From the NCBI GenBank assembly GCA_040755995.1, contig JBFMAF010000051.1:13726-77725 (forward strand): a DNA stretch of 64,000 nt, given 5' to 3'. The notes beneath the pieces are model-generated. The model was not told where the DNA came from and made no database searches. It was given only the letters and a program-made list of their open reading frames with translations. The translations under genes were made by a program, and so were the position numbers. This DNA comes from Acidobacteriota bacterium (GTDB lineage Bacteria; Acidobacteriota; CAIWXX01). Below, in pieces: positions 1 through 9,000 of this stretch (positions are counted from its first letter, which is position 1; each line of letters starts with the position of its first letter).

Positions 1-212
1 ACTGGCAGCGTCCACGAGCCGCTCACGATGCCGACGCGCACGCGCCCGCCGCCGGGCAATTCGACGGTGCGATAGTTGACCGCCGATCCCGCCTCGCCGT
101 TTTCGTGAACGATGAAATCAGCGCCGCGAAACGCCCACTCGAACATCCGCTCGTCCCCCCAGCCGCCGGGGAAACAGTGATTCAGCGACGCGAGGTACCG
201 CGGTGCGTCCAT
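1..212 (-). CDS. 5' part of probable GNAT-family N-acetyltransferase (runs off window start)
   Basis: ATG at 212 overlaps the stop of the upstream gene. Manual translation MDAPRYLASLNHCFPGGWGDERMFEWAFRG...VGIVSGSWTLP resembles a GNAT N-terminus approaching motif A. Not in the ORF track. Confidence 0.5.
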   Translation of the reverse strand, partial: MDAPRYLASLNHCFPGGWGDERMFEWAFRGADFIVHENGEAGSAVNYRTVELPGGGRVRVGIVSGSWTLP

Positions 213-1030
213 CACGACGCCAGCTCGCCCATCGAGGTCCAGAAGACGGCGTCGCCGTAGCGGTCCTCGATCGTGCAGAAGAGGCGATCGAGCTCGTCGT
301 AGTACGGCGGCGCGAGACCGTCGAGCGCCCTGTACAACCCGGCCTCGCTCAGAAGGTGGGCCTTGATGGAAAGCAGTCCGCCGGCGTCGATGATCGCACA
401 GGCACGCTCGATGGTCGACGTCGCCTGGAAGTTCGTCGTGAAGTGAAGCAGCCCGCCGAGCGGCGTGGGCTCGATCAGCGACACGCCGCACAGTCCGCTG
501 CCGCTGGCTGTCGCGTCACGCGTGACCGGCGTCGTTAGGTCGCGCGCCGAGGCGATGAAGCGGAAGTCGAGATCGCGCAGCGCGTCGAGCAGTTCGTCCG
601 TCGCGTGCCACGCCGGCGGCGAGAGGCCGCGGACGATCGCAAGGCCGGCGTCCTCGAAGATCGACGTCGCCCGCCGCACCATCGCGCGGCACACGCGGCG
701 GCTGAGACCTGCGAATTCGGCGATCGGCGTCGATGAACGTCCGACGTGATGCAGGCCGTGGATAGCGATCTCGATGCCGCGCCAGTTCCGCAGCAGGTCG
801 CAGAATCGCGGATGCCGATCGAGGCGATACGTCCCGCGCGGCAGCATCGGGATGCGGCCGGCGACGAGGTTCGGGAACGGCTCGATCGAGCACCAGTCGG
901 GTGTCGTGAAAAGCGTTGCCTTCAACTGCGGATGACGCTCCTGCAGTCTGCGCAGACGCTCGAGCACCGACTCAGCGACAGGCGCAGGATGGACGTCGTC
1001 GATCGAGAACACGACCCGGCCTCGGTTCAT
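212..1030 (-). CDS. DUF2334/polysaccharide deacetylase (CE4/NodB-like) protein
   Basis: FSIDDVHP, IAIHGLHH and GLSPPAW motifs; in an operon with a glycosyltransferase. Confidence 0.7.
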   Translation of the reverse strand: MNRGRVVFSIDDVHPAPVAESVLERLRRLQERHPQLKATLFTTPDWCSIEPFPNLVAGRIPMLPRGTYRLDRHPRFCDLLRNWRGIEIAIHGLHHVGRSSTPIAEFAGLSRRVCRAMVRRATSIFEDAGLAIVRGLSPPAWHATDELLDALRDLDFRFIASARDLTTPVTRDATASGSGLCGVSLIEPTPLGGLLHFTTNFQATSTIERACAIIDAGGLLSIKAHLLSEAGLYRALDGLAPPYYDELDRLFCTIEDRYGDAVFWTSMGELAS

Positions 1031-1158
1031 GAAACGACCGTCGCCGCGTGTTGCGCGATGACCTCCGCCGGGTCGACCGTCGCCCGCGCACGCCGTGGTC
1101 GAGCCACCGGATGCGACCGCAGAGCGCGCGCGGCCGAATCGTAGTCCCAGGTCGTCAT
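1027..1158 (-). CDS. 43-aa small ORF, translationally coupled on both sides
   Basis: MTTWDYDSAARALRSHPVARPRRARATVDPAEVIAQHAATVVS; ATGA overlaps with both the GT4 stop and the deacetylase start. Confidence 0.4.
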   Translation of the reverse strand: MTTWDYDSAARALRSHPVARPRRARATVDPAEVIAQHAATVVS

Positions 1159-2534
1159 GCGAACGCCGCCCGGAGCCGCCTGAGGATTCGCCCGGGGAAG
1201 TTTCTGAGCCGCGTCAGCAGCCATGGGCGCGTGATGTTACGCGCTCTGGCGATCTCCAGCTTGGCCATCAACCCCCCGACGCGAAACGGGAGTTGCGGGA
1301 GGCGCACCAGCGTGCGCGTGAGGCGGTAGCCGTGCGCGCGCGCCGCACCGCATCGCGCGTACAGTTCTTCCAGGTCATCGACCGTGCGCCTGACTGTGAA
1401 GCGTTCGAGCATGAATCGTCGGCCGTTACTTCCGAGCCGTTCCGCGAGGTCGCGATCCTTCAGCAATCGAATGATCGCATCGGCCAGGGCTTCCGGATCA
1501 TTGGGAGGAACGAGAAGGCCGGTCTGCCCGTGCTTCACGGAGTCGACCAGCCCGCCCACGCGCGTCGCGATCAGCGGCCGGCCCATCATCAGCGCCTCGA
1601 TGCTCCCGCCCAGGTTTTCGCAGAGCGATACTTGGAGTGCGACATCGAACATGGCCAGCATCGCCGGAACGTCGTTCCGCTCGCCGGTGAAGAGCACCGC
1701 GCGATCGATGCCGAGCGCGAGCGCCGTCGCGCGCAGCCTCTGCTCGTATGCCTCGCCTTCCGGTCCCCATCCTCTTCCGACGAGGAGAAACTTTGCCGCG
1801 GGGCACTCCTTCAGGACCAGCGGAATAGCGCGGAACAAGACGTCATGCCCTTTCACGCCGCGGTCGAGCAGGTGCGGCGGCGTCAGAAATGCGTTGCGCA
1901 GCGGCGGATAGAAGTGAGCTACGAGGCCGACGACCGGCACATCGTCGCCGATCCCCAGCTCGCGCCGTACTGTGTCGCCCGAGGTGGCTGCCGGATCGAA
2001 CCGGTCCTCGTCTAGACCGTAGTAGATGACCTCCATCCGCGAAGCGGGCGTGCCGCGCTCGATGTACAGCTCGCGCGTCTTTTCGCAGGTGGCGATGACG
2101 CGCGTGTCGGCCCAGGCCGTTCCTGCTTCGAGGTCGCCGAGGATTGGGGCCTCCAGGTAGAACGTGCCGGGGATCATGGAGAAGCGAAGCGGCGCGTCGG
2201 CCAGCCACGCCGCGAGGCGTCCCATCAGGATCGAGCCATAGAGGTGGTAGTGGACGACGTCGGCGCGCAGCGCGCGGAGCAGACGCGACGCACGCCGGAT
2301 CTTCGAAAACGCGTGCAGCGCCGTCGTGCTCGACGGCAAGTCGAGATCGAGGAACTGGACCGGAATGCCCTCGCTCGTGAGAATGCGGGCGATCGTTCCG
2401 AACCCGCCGCTGAGGACCGCGCTCACGTCGCACCCGCGCCGGCATTGCTCGCGCAGGATGGCGATCAACCACGGCGCCCCTTCAGGGGTTCCCGCCAGGT
2501 GCACGATGCGCAGCGGTCTCATCGGTCGATTCAC
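1155..2534 (-). CDS. Glycosyltransferase family 4 (GT-B)
   Basis: KGHDVL, ENLGGSIEALMMGRPLIATRVGG (EX7E) and GLLVPPNDPEALADAI motifs. Confidence 0.9.
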   Translation of the reverse strand: MNRPMRPLRIVHLAGTPEGAPWLIAILREQCRRGCDVSAVLSGGFGTIARILTSEGIPVQFLDLDLPSSTTALHAFSKIRRASRLLRALRADVVHYHLYGSILMGRLAAWLADAPLRFSMIPGTFYLEAPILGDLEAGTAWADTRVIATCEKTRELYIERGTPASRMEVIYYGLDEDRFDPAATSGDTVRRELGIGDDVPVVGLVAHFYPPLRNAFLTPPHLLDRGVKGHDVLFRAIPLVLKECPAAKFLLVGRGWGPEGEAYEQRLRATALALGIDRAVLFTGERNDVPAMLAMFDVALQVSLCENLGGSIEALMMGRPLIATRVGGLVDSVKHGQTGLLVPPNDPEALADAIIRLLKDRDLAERLGSNGRRFMLERFTVRRTVDDLEELYARCGAARAHGYRLTRTLVRLPQLPFRVGGLMAKLEIARARNITRPWLLTRLRNFPGRILRRLRAAFA

Positions 2535-2629
2535 GGCAAGAGGAACGCAGTGTCCAACGTCGCGTCATCCGGCTCGATCAGATCGTGACACGCGACGCCA
2601 TGCTGCGATCGGCGGTTGATCACGGTCAG

Positions 2630-2658
2630 AGGATATGGCCGGGGTGCTTTGATGTCAA
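2630..2658 (-). promoter_or_regulatory. Putative sigma70 promoter of the GT operon
   Basis: TTGACA-17 bp-TATCCT on the minus strand. Confidence 0.45.
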
Positions 2659-2909
2659 GCGTTCATGAACGCGGGCGCGACCACTGGACTGTGGCCGGAG
2701 CCCGGTTCTACGACCAGATCCGGTGGAGATAGCCTGGCTGAGGTGGTTCTCGCGGCGGCTGTATGCCGAGTGCGCAGAGCACATCTCATAGGTGGCACCG
2801 GCGCTTCTCCAGAAGCATGGTCTTGTACAGGGAGAGATGGGAATCGACCATCATGTCCTCGGAGTGGCTCGTTTCCACGCCTTGCGGGGCCGCCCCGGCG
2901 AGCCTCCGT

Positions 2910-3171
2910 GCCAGTCCTGTTGCGGCACGAGGGAGTGGCTCAGGCCGTCGTTTTCGCCCTATCGCACGAGCTGCTCGGGGAGGAGGTCGGGGCCGCAGTG
3001 GTGGCCCGCGAGGAATCCGCGCTGGATCCATCCGAGCTTCGCGACCTCACCGCCGTTCACCTCGCCAAGTTCAAGGTCCCGAAGCGAAATCTCGTCGTCG
3101 ATCAGATCCCGATGGGGCCAACCGGCAAACTCCAGCGCGTTGGCTTGGCGAAGAGACCGGGTTTGGAGTAG
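2910..3171 (+). pseudogene. Remnant: C-terminal domain of an AMP-binding (acyl-CoA synthetase) enzyme
   Basis: LLRHEGVAQAVVF...LGEEVGAAVV...LAKFKVPK...IPMGPTGKLQR matches AMP-binding_C; the large N-terminal domain is absent. Confidence 0.75.
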
Positions 3172-3204
3172 CGCAGGCGGCTGCGACACTGCATCGAGCT
3201 GCGG

Positions 3205-3705
3205 CTATGGCAGAATCACCTTCCCGGTGGTCCTCCGCCCTTCGAGTGCGCGGTGCGCTTCGGCGACGTCGATCAGCGCATAGCGCTCGTCGCCGCGAAT
3301 TGTCTTTCGGTACTCGGCGAGAGCGGCTTCCAGGCCGCGTGCCGTGATCAGGGATTCGACGGCGCGGGCCGTCGATTCGGACTGCAGCCGCCATGCGGCC
3401 TCGATGTTGGCAAGATGGAGGGCCTGACCTTCCGAGACGCGAGTGAAGCTGGCGAGGCCGGGGTACTTCATTTCGAAGGGGAACCGCTCTTTGGTCGCCG
3501 CGAGTGTCGCCCCATCCCGGCGGGCGGCCGCCACGCCGTCCCAGATGTCTTTCAAGTAGGTCACCTGAGCCCGAAACTCGGCTCTGGTCATGGCGTCGGA
3601 ATGCCCAGCGAGGCCGTCTACCGACGGATGACGGAGGCCTTCGTCGGTTAGTGCTTTTGATTGGCGACGTGAGCGGCCACTGCCATGCCGGATGCACTCC
3701 CTCAA
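3205..3705 (-). pseudogene. Chimeric remnant: probable MBL-fold hydrolase C-terminal fragment fused to a copy of the qor C-terminal tail
   Basis: GHSDAMT...YLKDIWDGVAAARRDGATL resembles MBL/cyclase C-termini; ends VAEAHRALEGRRTTGKVILP, nearly identical to the qor end. Confidence 0.5.
3211..3267. repeat. 57-bp direct repeat, copy 1 (duplicate of the qor 3' end)
   Basis: Matches 5068-5124 with one mismatch. Confidence 0.95.
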
Positions 3706-4829
3706 CGCGGTGGCATCGATACCTTGTACTTCGCCACCCAGCTCGTTCCGTCTTCGTTCGTCAGTATCGCGTGCAAGGAACCCTTCGAAAGGACCATGCC
3801 GTCGAAGCTCTTGTAACGGTCTCCCTTCGGCATGACGATCCTTCCGCGATACAGGTACTTGCCGTCCAGGGAGAAGATGTCGACATCCTGCCTGGCGATA
3901 GGCGAGTCGAAGCTGTCGACGGTGAAAACGTACACGAGGCCATCGATCACCTGGATGCGGTGGAAATAGGTCAGCTTCCGGGGGAGAAGCGGGAGCAGCT
4001 GTTCCACTCTGTCGGCAGGGATGCTCGAGCCGGCCATGTGCCTCCTCAGCTCCTCCTCGGTAACCTGGCCCCTCTCCTTCGGGAGGCCGAAGCTGCCGAC
4101 AGCCTTCCCGTCCAGATCCGATACGAGGATCTCGTAGCGGTCGTTTCTGCCGAAATAGAGCCGGCCGCCGGCCGGGTCATACCCCATGTTGATCTGGGGA
4201 ATCACCCCGAGAATCACGCCGCCGAATTTTGTCTGATCCTCCGGCGCGATAGTGAATTCATGGATCGTTTTCGGCTCGCCGCCCGTCGTGGAGATCTTCC
4301 GTATTGCGGCCTTCCCGCCGGGAAGCATGACAAGGGCGCCGGGGGCGGTGAAGAAAACGTCGTCGCTCGTGAAGACCAGGGGAAAGCTCTCGAATATGTT
4401 GTTCGGAAAAGTCGAAATGAACAGGCCGCTATGATCGTAGCAATGCAGCTTGTCCATGCTGCCGACGATGACGCGGCAGTCCGACGTGAAGCAGTTGATG
4501 TACCGGGAAATGAGCCCCGGGCCGTCCCCGACTCCCGCGAAGGTCCCCAGGATGTCCCCTTTTTCGTCGACAATATAGCTGAGGTGCCTTTCGAAATCGT
4601 GGAAATAGAGCTTCCCATCGCTCGCGACTCTCGGTTCGCCGGGCCGCTTCAGCGTATCCGCTCCCGCGCGATTGAAGAACCATACCTTGACGGGCGCGAA
4701 ATCCCATTCGCCCTTCAGGGGCTTGGCGGAATCGGCCGTTCCGGCGTAGGCCGCCGCGGCCACGCCGGCGCACACGACTGCGGCCGCCGCGAGGATAAGA
4801 CCCGCTGGGAAAATGCTCCTCGGATTCAT
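3702..4829 (-). CDS. Secreted 6-bladed beta-propeller-like protein
   Basis: GGGAGG RBS before ATG 4829; signal peptide; FAGVGDGPG and DIFSLDGKYL propeller-type motifs. Confidence 0.7.
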   Translation of the reverse strand: MNPRSIFPAGLILAAAAVVCAGVAAAAYAGTADSAKPLKGEWDFAPVKVWFFNRAGADTLKRPGEPRVASDGKLYFHDFERHLSYIVDEKGDILGTFAGVGDGPGLISRYINCFTSDCRVIVGSMDKLHCYDHSGLFISTFPNNIFESFPLVFTSDDVFFTAPGALVMLPGGKAAIRKISTTGGEPKTIHEFTIAPEDQTKFGGVILGVIPQINMGYDPAGGRLYFGRNDRYEILVSDLDGKAVGSFGLPKERGQVTEEELRRHMAGSSIPADRVEQLLPLLPRKLTYFHRIQVIDGLVYVFTVDSFDSPIARQDVDIFSLDGKYLYRGRIVMPKGDRYKSFDGMVLSKGSLHAILTNEDGTSWVAKYKVSMPPR

Positions 4830-5058
4830 GCTTATGTCCTCCCTTTCGAGACCGTGAAACTCGTGTGAATAATAGAGCACACTCGCGCAGATTCTACACT
4901 CGAATCGGGGAAAAGCTCCGAGTAATTCTTCCTCTAGTAGGGCTCCTATCCCGCGAAGGAACAGACCTTCCTCGGAGCATGGACGGGCGATCCCATCTGC
5001 AGATCATCCGGGGGCTCAAGCACAAATCGATCAGCCACGCCTCTGCGCGGAGCTGCAC

Positions 5059-6027
5059 CTACGGCACCAGAATCACCTTCCCGGTGGTCCTCCGTCCTTC
5101 GAGTGCGCGGTGCGCTTCGGCGACTTCGTCCAGGCGGTAGGTCGCCCCGATGCGGACCTTGAGTGCGCCTGAGGCCACCCAGCCGAGCACTTCGCCGGCG
5201 CGCGCCAGCAGCTCTTCACGCGTCGAGATGTAGTGGAACAGGCTCGGGCGGGTGAGAAAGAGCGATCCCTTCGCAGCCAGCACTCCGGGATCGAACGGCG
5301 GGACAGGACCGCTCGACTGGCCGAAAAGCACGAGCATGCCCCGCGGGGCGAGGCAGTTGAGGCTCTTCTCGAAAGTGCTCCGCCCGACCGAATCGTAAGC
5401 GACCTGCACTCCCTTGCCATTGGTAAGACGCTTGACCTCGAGCTCGAAGTCCTGAGTGTCGTAAAGGATCACATCGCCGGCGCCGGCTTCATGCGCCAGC
5501 CGCGCTTTCTCCTGCGTGCCGGCGGTCCCGATCACCCGGGCTCCGCACATCCGTGCGATCTGGCACAGCAACAGGCCCACGCCGCCGGCGGCGGCGTGCA
5601 CGAGGCACGTATGCCCCGATTGGAGCCGGAATGTAGATCGCATCAGGTAGTGCGCGGTCATGCCCTGCAGCATGACGGCGGCAGCGGTCCGGTCGTCGAC
5701 CCCTGCCGGCACTTTGACCAGCCTCTCGGCGGGCACGATGTTGTAATCGGCGTACGAACCGGGGACGCCGGTCCAGGCGACGCGATCGCCGGCAGCCAAT
5801 GTGGTCACCTCCGCCGCGACCTGTTCCACCGTTCCAGCCCCCTCCAGCCCCAGCGCGTAGGGCAGGGGGTTCTTGTATAGACCCGTTCGCTGATACACGT
5901 CGATGAAGTTCAGTCCGCAAGCGGCGATGCGGACGAGGGCAGTTCCTGGAGGGACACTATCCACCTCCGTCTCCTCGATCCGCAGCACCTCTGGGCCTCC
6001 GAATTCGCGAATCACAACTCTTCTCAT
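5059..6027 (-). CDS. qor: NADPH:quinone oxidoreductase (zeta-crystallin/MDR family)
   Basis: GLNFIDVYQRTGLY, HAAAGGVG, FGQSSG, KGSLFLTRP and TTGKVIL motifs; AGGAG RBS before ATG 6027. Confidence 0.92.
   Translation of the reverse strand: MRRVVIREFGGPEVLRIEETEVDSVPPGTALVRIAACGLNFIDVYQRTGLYKNPLPYALGLEGAGTVEQVAAEVTTLAAGDRVAWTGVPGSYADYNIVPAERLVKVPAGVDDRTAAAVMLQGMTAHYLMRSTFRLQSGHTCLVHAAAGGVGLLLCQIARMCGARVIGTAGTQEKARLAHEAGAGDVILYDTQDFELEVKRLTNGKGVQVAYDSVGRSTFEKSLNCLAPRGMLVLFGQSSGPVPPFDPGVLAAKGSLFLTRPSLFHYISTREELLARAGEVLGWVASGALKVRIGATYRLDEVAEAHRALEGRRTTGKVILVP
5068..5124. repeat. 57-bp direct repeat, copy 2 (inside the qor 3' end)
   Basis: Matches 3211-3267 with one mismatch. Confidence 0.95.
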
Positions 6028-6082
6028 CGTCAAGTCTCCTGTAGAGAAAAACCACCCGGCCACTGCAGACCCTGATTCAAAT

Positions 6083-9000
6083 CTACCACGCATCCAGGGG
6101 CAGCTGTCTGAAGCGTGACACTCTCTTTCGGCACGACTGGTATTTCCTCATATTGCCAACCGAACGGTAGAGCTCGGCGGCTTCCTCGTATCGCTTGAGA
6201 CGCTCGAGCATGCGCGCTGCCTCTTCCTTCAGGCCGGCTTCCGAGTAGAGCCGGTACGCATGCTCGTATCGCTTCTCTAGCTCAAGCAAGTAGGCCGCTG
6301 TGGGCAGATCCCCCGACTTCACGAGTGCACTGACGGCATGCTCCAGATCGCCGATGGCACGGTACACCCTTGCTGCCTCTGCTGTCTTTCCCTCCTTCAT
6401 CAGCCATTCCGCCGCGCGGTCACCCTGTCCGATTGAAATGAGGCACGCCTTGTTGTTCACGGTCGGCTCCAAATGCACCCAACACCGCTGCGCATCCACC
6501 GTCCAATCACCGCACAGATACCAGAGCCCAGCCGCCTCCGTTCGGCCGGCTGCCTCCAGGCGCCGCCCTCGCATGTTCGCATCACGCGACCACTGCTGCC
6601 GGCCGGTCTTGCTCCAGTATTGGGCAGCCTCCCTGCAGGTCGTCAGCGCCCTGTCGTACACCCCGAGCTGCTCCCACAACTCGACAAGGAAATCCAAGGG
6701 GAAGAGGTTCCGATGCGGCTCAACGAGCCTTTCCACCAAGCCCAGAGTCTCTGCGCTGCGGTCTGCGGCGAACCATGCCCGGAAGAGCGTCGACAATTCG
6801 TCGGCGATGCGCCTCTGGGCCGCGGTTCCGGCGCGCCGATCCTCCAAGGCGCTGGACAACTGGGCGGCAGCAGCCTCATAGGTGCCTGTCTCGCGACAGT
6901 GCTTGATCAGACTCTGGTAATCCCCGAGCTGCATCCAGCACCGAATCGCCCTGGCGGAATTGCCGGCGAGTACCGCGCAGGACGCGGCCTCCGCCAATTG
7001 CATGGCTTGCTCGTAGGCGACCGAAGCCGCAAGATACAGCCTGGTGGTCCGCATCGACTTCGCGAACGCCTCCAACGACGCGCGCTCGCCTCCCGCCTTC
7101 TCCTGCACCCTCCAAACATGGCAGCAGGTGCTCAAGACGGGATGGCCGTTCCGGCGATCGGCAACGCTATGGGCGTAAGCCAATGCGGCATCCTTGTAAA
7201 GTCCGCCTCTGAGGTATGCATCGGCCGCCTTGTCCATGTCCCCCGCTGTCCGATATGTCTCAGCCGCCAACGCCCACACCCCCGCGGCCTCCCACTCCAC
7301 CGCAGCCTCCGACACCCGATCGAGTACCGCCAGGCGCAACGCGCGGCGAGCGTGGTCCGCGCCGCTCTTGGGCGCCATCTGCAGTTCCTGTTCGAAGCGG
7401 TCACGGAGGGCCGGGTTCAGTCCCTTCCGGTAGTGCTCGATTGCCTCGCGCCATGATCTTCTACGTTCGTAGTAATCCCCCACACCCTGGAAGTCGCTCA
7501 TCTGCAGCAGGCAGCGAAGAAGGGCGTCGTCCCGTCGCAGCTTCTTCCAGATCCGCGCGGCCTCCGCGTAGAGCCCGGCGGCCTCGTAGCAACGGCCCGC
7601 GTCCTCCAGTCGCTTTGTCCTCAAGTAGAGCGCGGCCGCCTTCCCAAGATCTTTGGCTTGTTCGTAGGCGCCAGCAGCTTCTTCGTACATCTTGCGGCGT
7701 TCGCAGAGCACCGCCATGCGGCCGGGGCGCCCGGCCTTCTTCCAGCACTCTATCGCCCGGTCGAGATTCTTCTGCTCTTCCCAGAGCTCGGCGAGCTCCT
7801 CATACCGATTCCCCTTCTCCAGCAGCCGGATGCGACACAGGAGCGCGCGCTGCTTCTCGCGCAGCCGCTGCCAGATCGCCAGGGCCTTCGCGGGCTCGCC
7901 CGCCAGCTCATACGCCTCGGCTGCGCGGCGATGCTCACCGATGGTCTCCCAACCCGCGGCGGCCGCAGAGAACTCCCGGCTCTTCTCGTGCGCAGTGGCC
8001 ATGGCCCGGTGCATGAGCTCTGGCTGGCCGGCGTTCCTGTAGCATTCCGCCGCCGCTCGATAGTGCTCGTGATCGACGAAGTAGTCTGCCTGCCGCTTCC
8101 AGTCCTCCGGCGACGACGTGGTGCGCCAGCTCAAGTCAAGTACGTCCAGGGTTGATGTGCGATAGACCAGATCGCCTATTTCGTTCAGCGACCAGACTGA
8201 CGACGGCTTGGGGCCGTCATAGACGATCAGGTCCTGCTGAGCGCGTGTGATCCCGACATAGAGCAGGTTTATCTCGTGGCGAATGTGTTGATCGTGGATG
8301 CGCGCGGTCTGGGCGCTCTGGATCTTCGCCCAGAGGTCTGCAACGCCCGCTTCGGAGGAGAACTTCCAGAGCGTAACCGCCCGGAACTCCAGGCCCTTCG
8401 CCTCGCGAATCGTGAAGACCAGCTCGGTGCCTAGCCTCTCCTTCAGCCTGTCCCTCTCGGCATCGGTGCGAGTCAAGATCGTCTGATCGGCGGCCGTCAC
8501 GCGCAGTCGACCAAGGAAGGTGTCCTCTTCGATCCCATGCAGTAGACAGGGCGGCCTGCCCTGGTACTTCCATTCGTCCATCCTCTCGTCGCTCTGGACG
8601 CCGAGCAGGTTCTGCTTGACGCGGAGGAACGCGTTTGCCAGGCTCACGATGCTGCCCACGCAGCGGAAGTTGAGCGTGAGGTAGTTCACCGGCGGGACCG
8701 GCTCACCGCGATCATAGAAGAGCTGCTTCACTTCTTCCCATCGAAAGCCGCTGGGATTGACGATCTGCTTGGGATCACCTGCGAGCACTAGCCCCCGCGG
8801 ATGATGCGGCAGACGCACGATGAGAGAGAGTTGGATGTCGGTGAAGTCCTGCACCTCGTCGCAGCAGACCAGGTCGTAATGCGGCCGGCCCGTCGCGCCG
8901 GCGTCGATCGTCCGTATAGCGGCGCGCGCCATATCGATTTCATCCCAGAGACCCGCGGCAGCGAGGCGCGCCTGGTACCATTGCGCCACAGCGTAGATGT

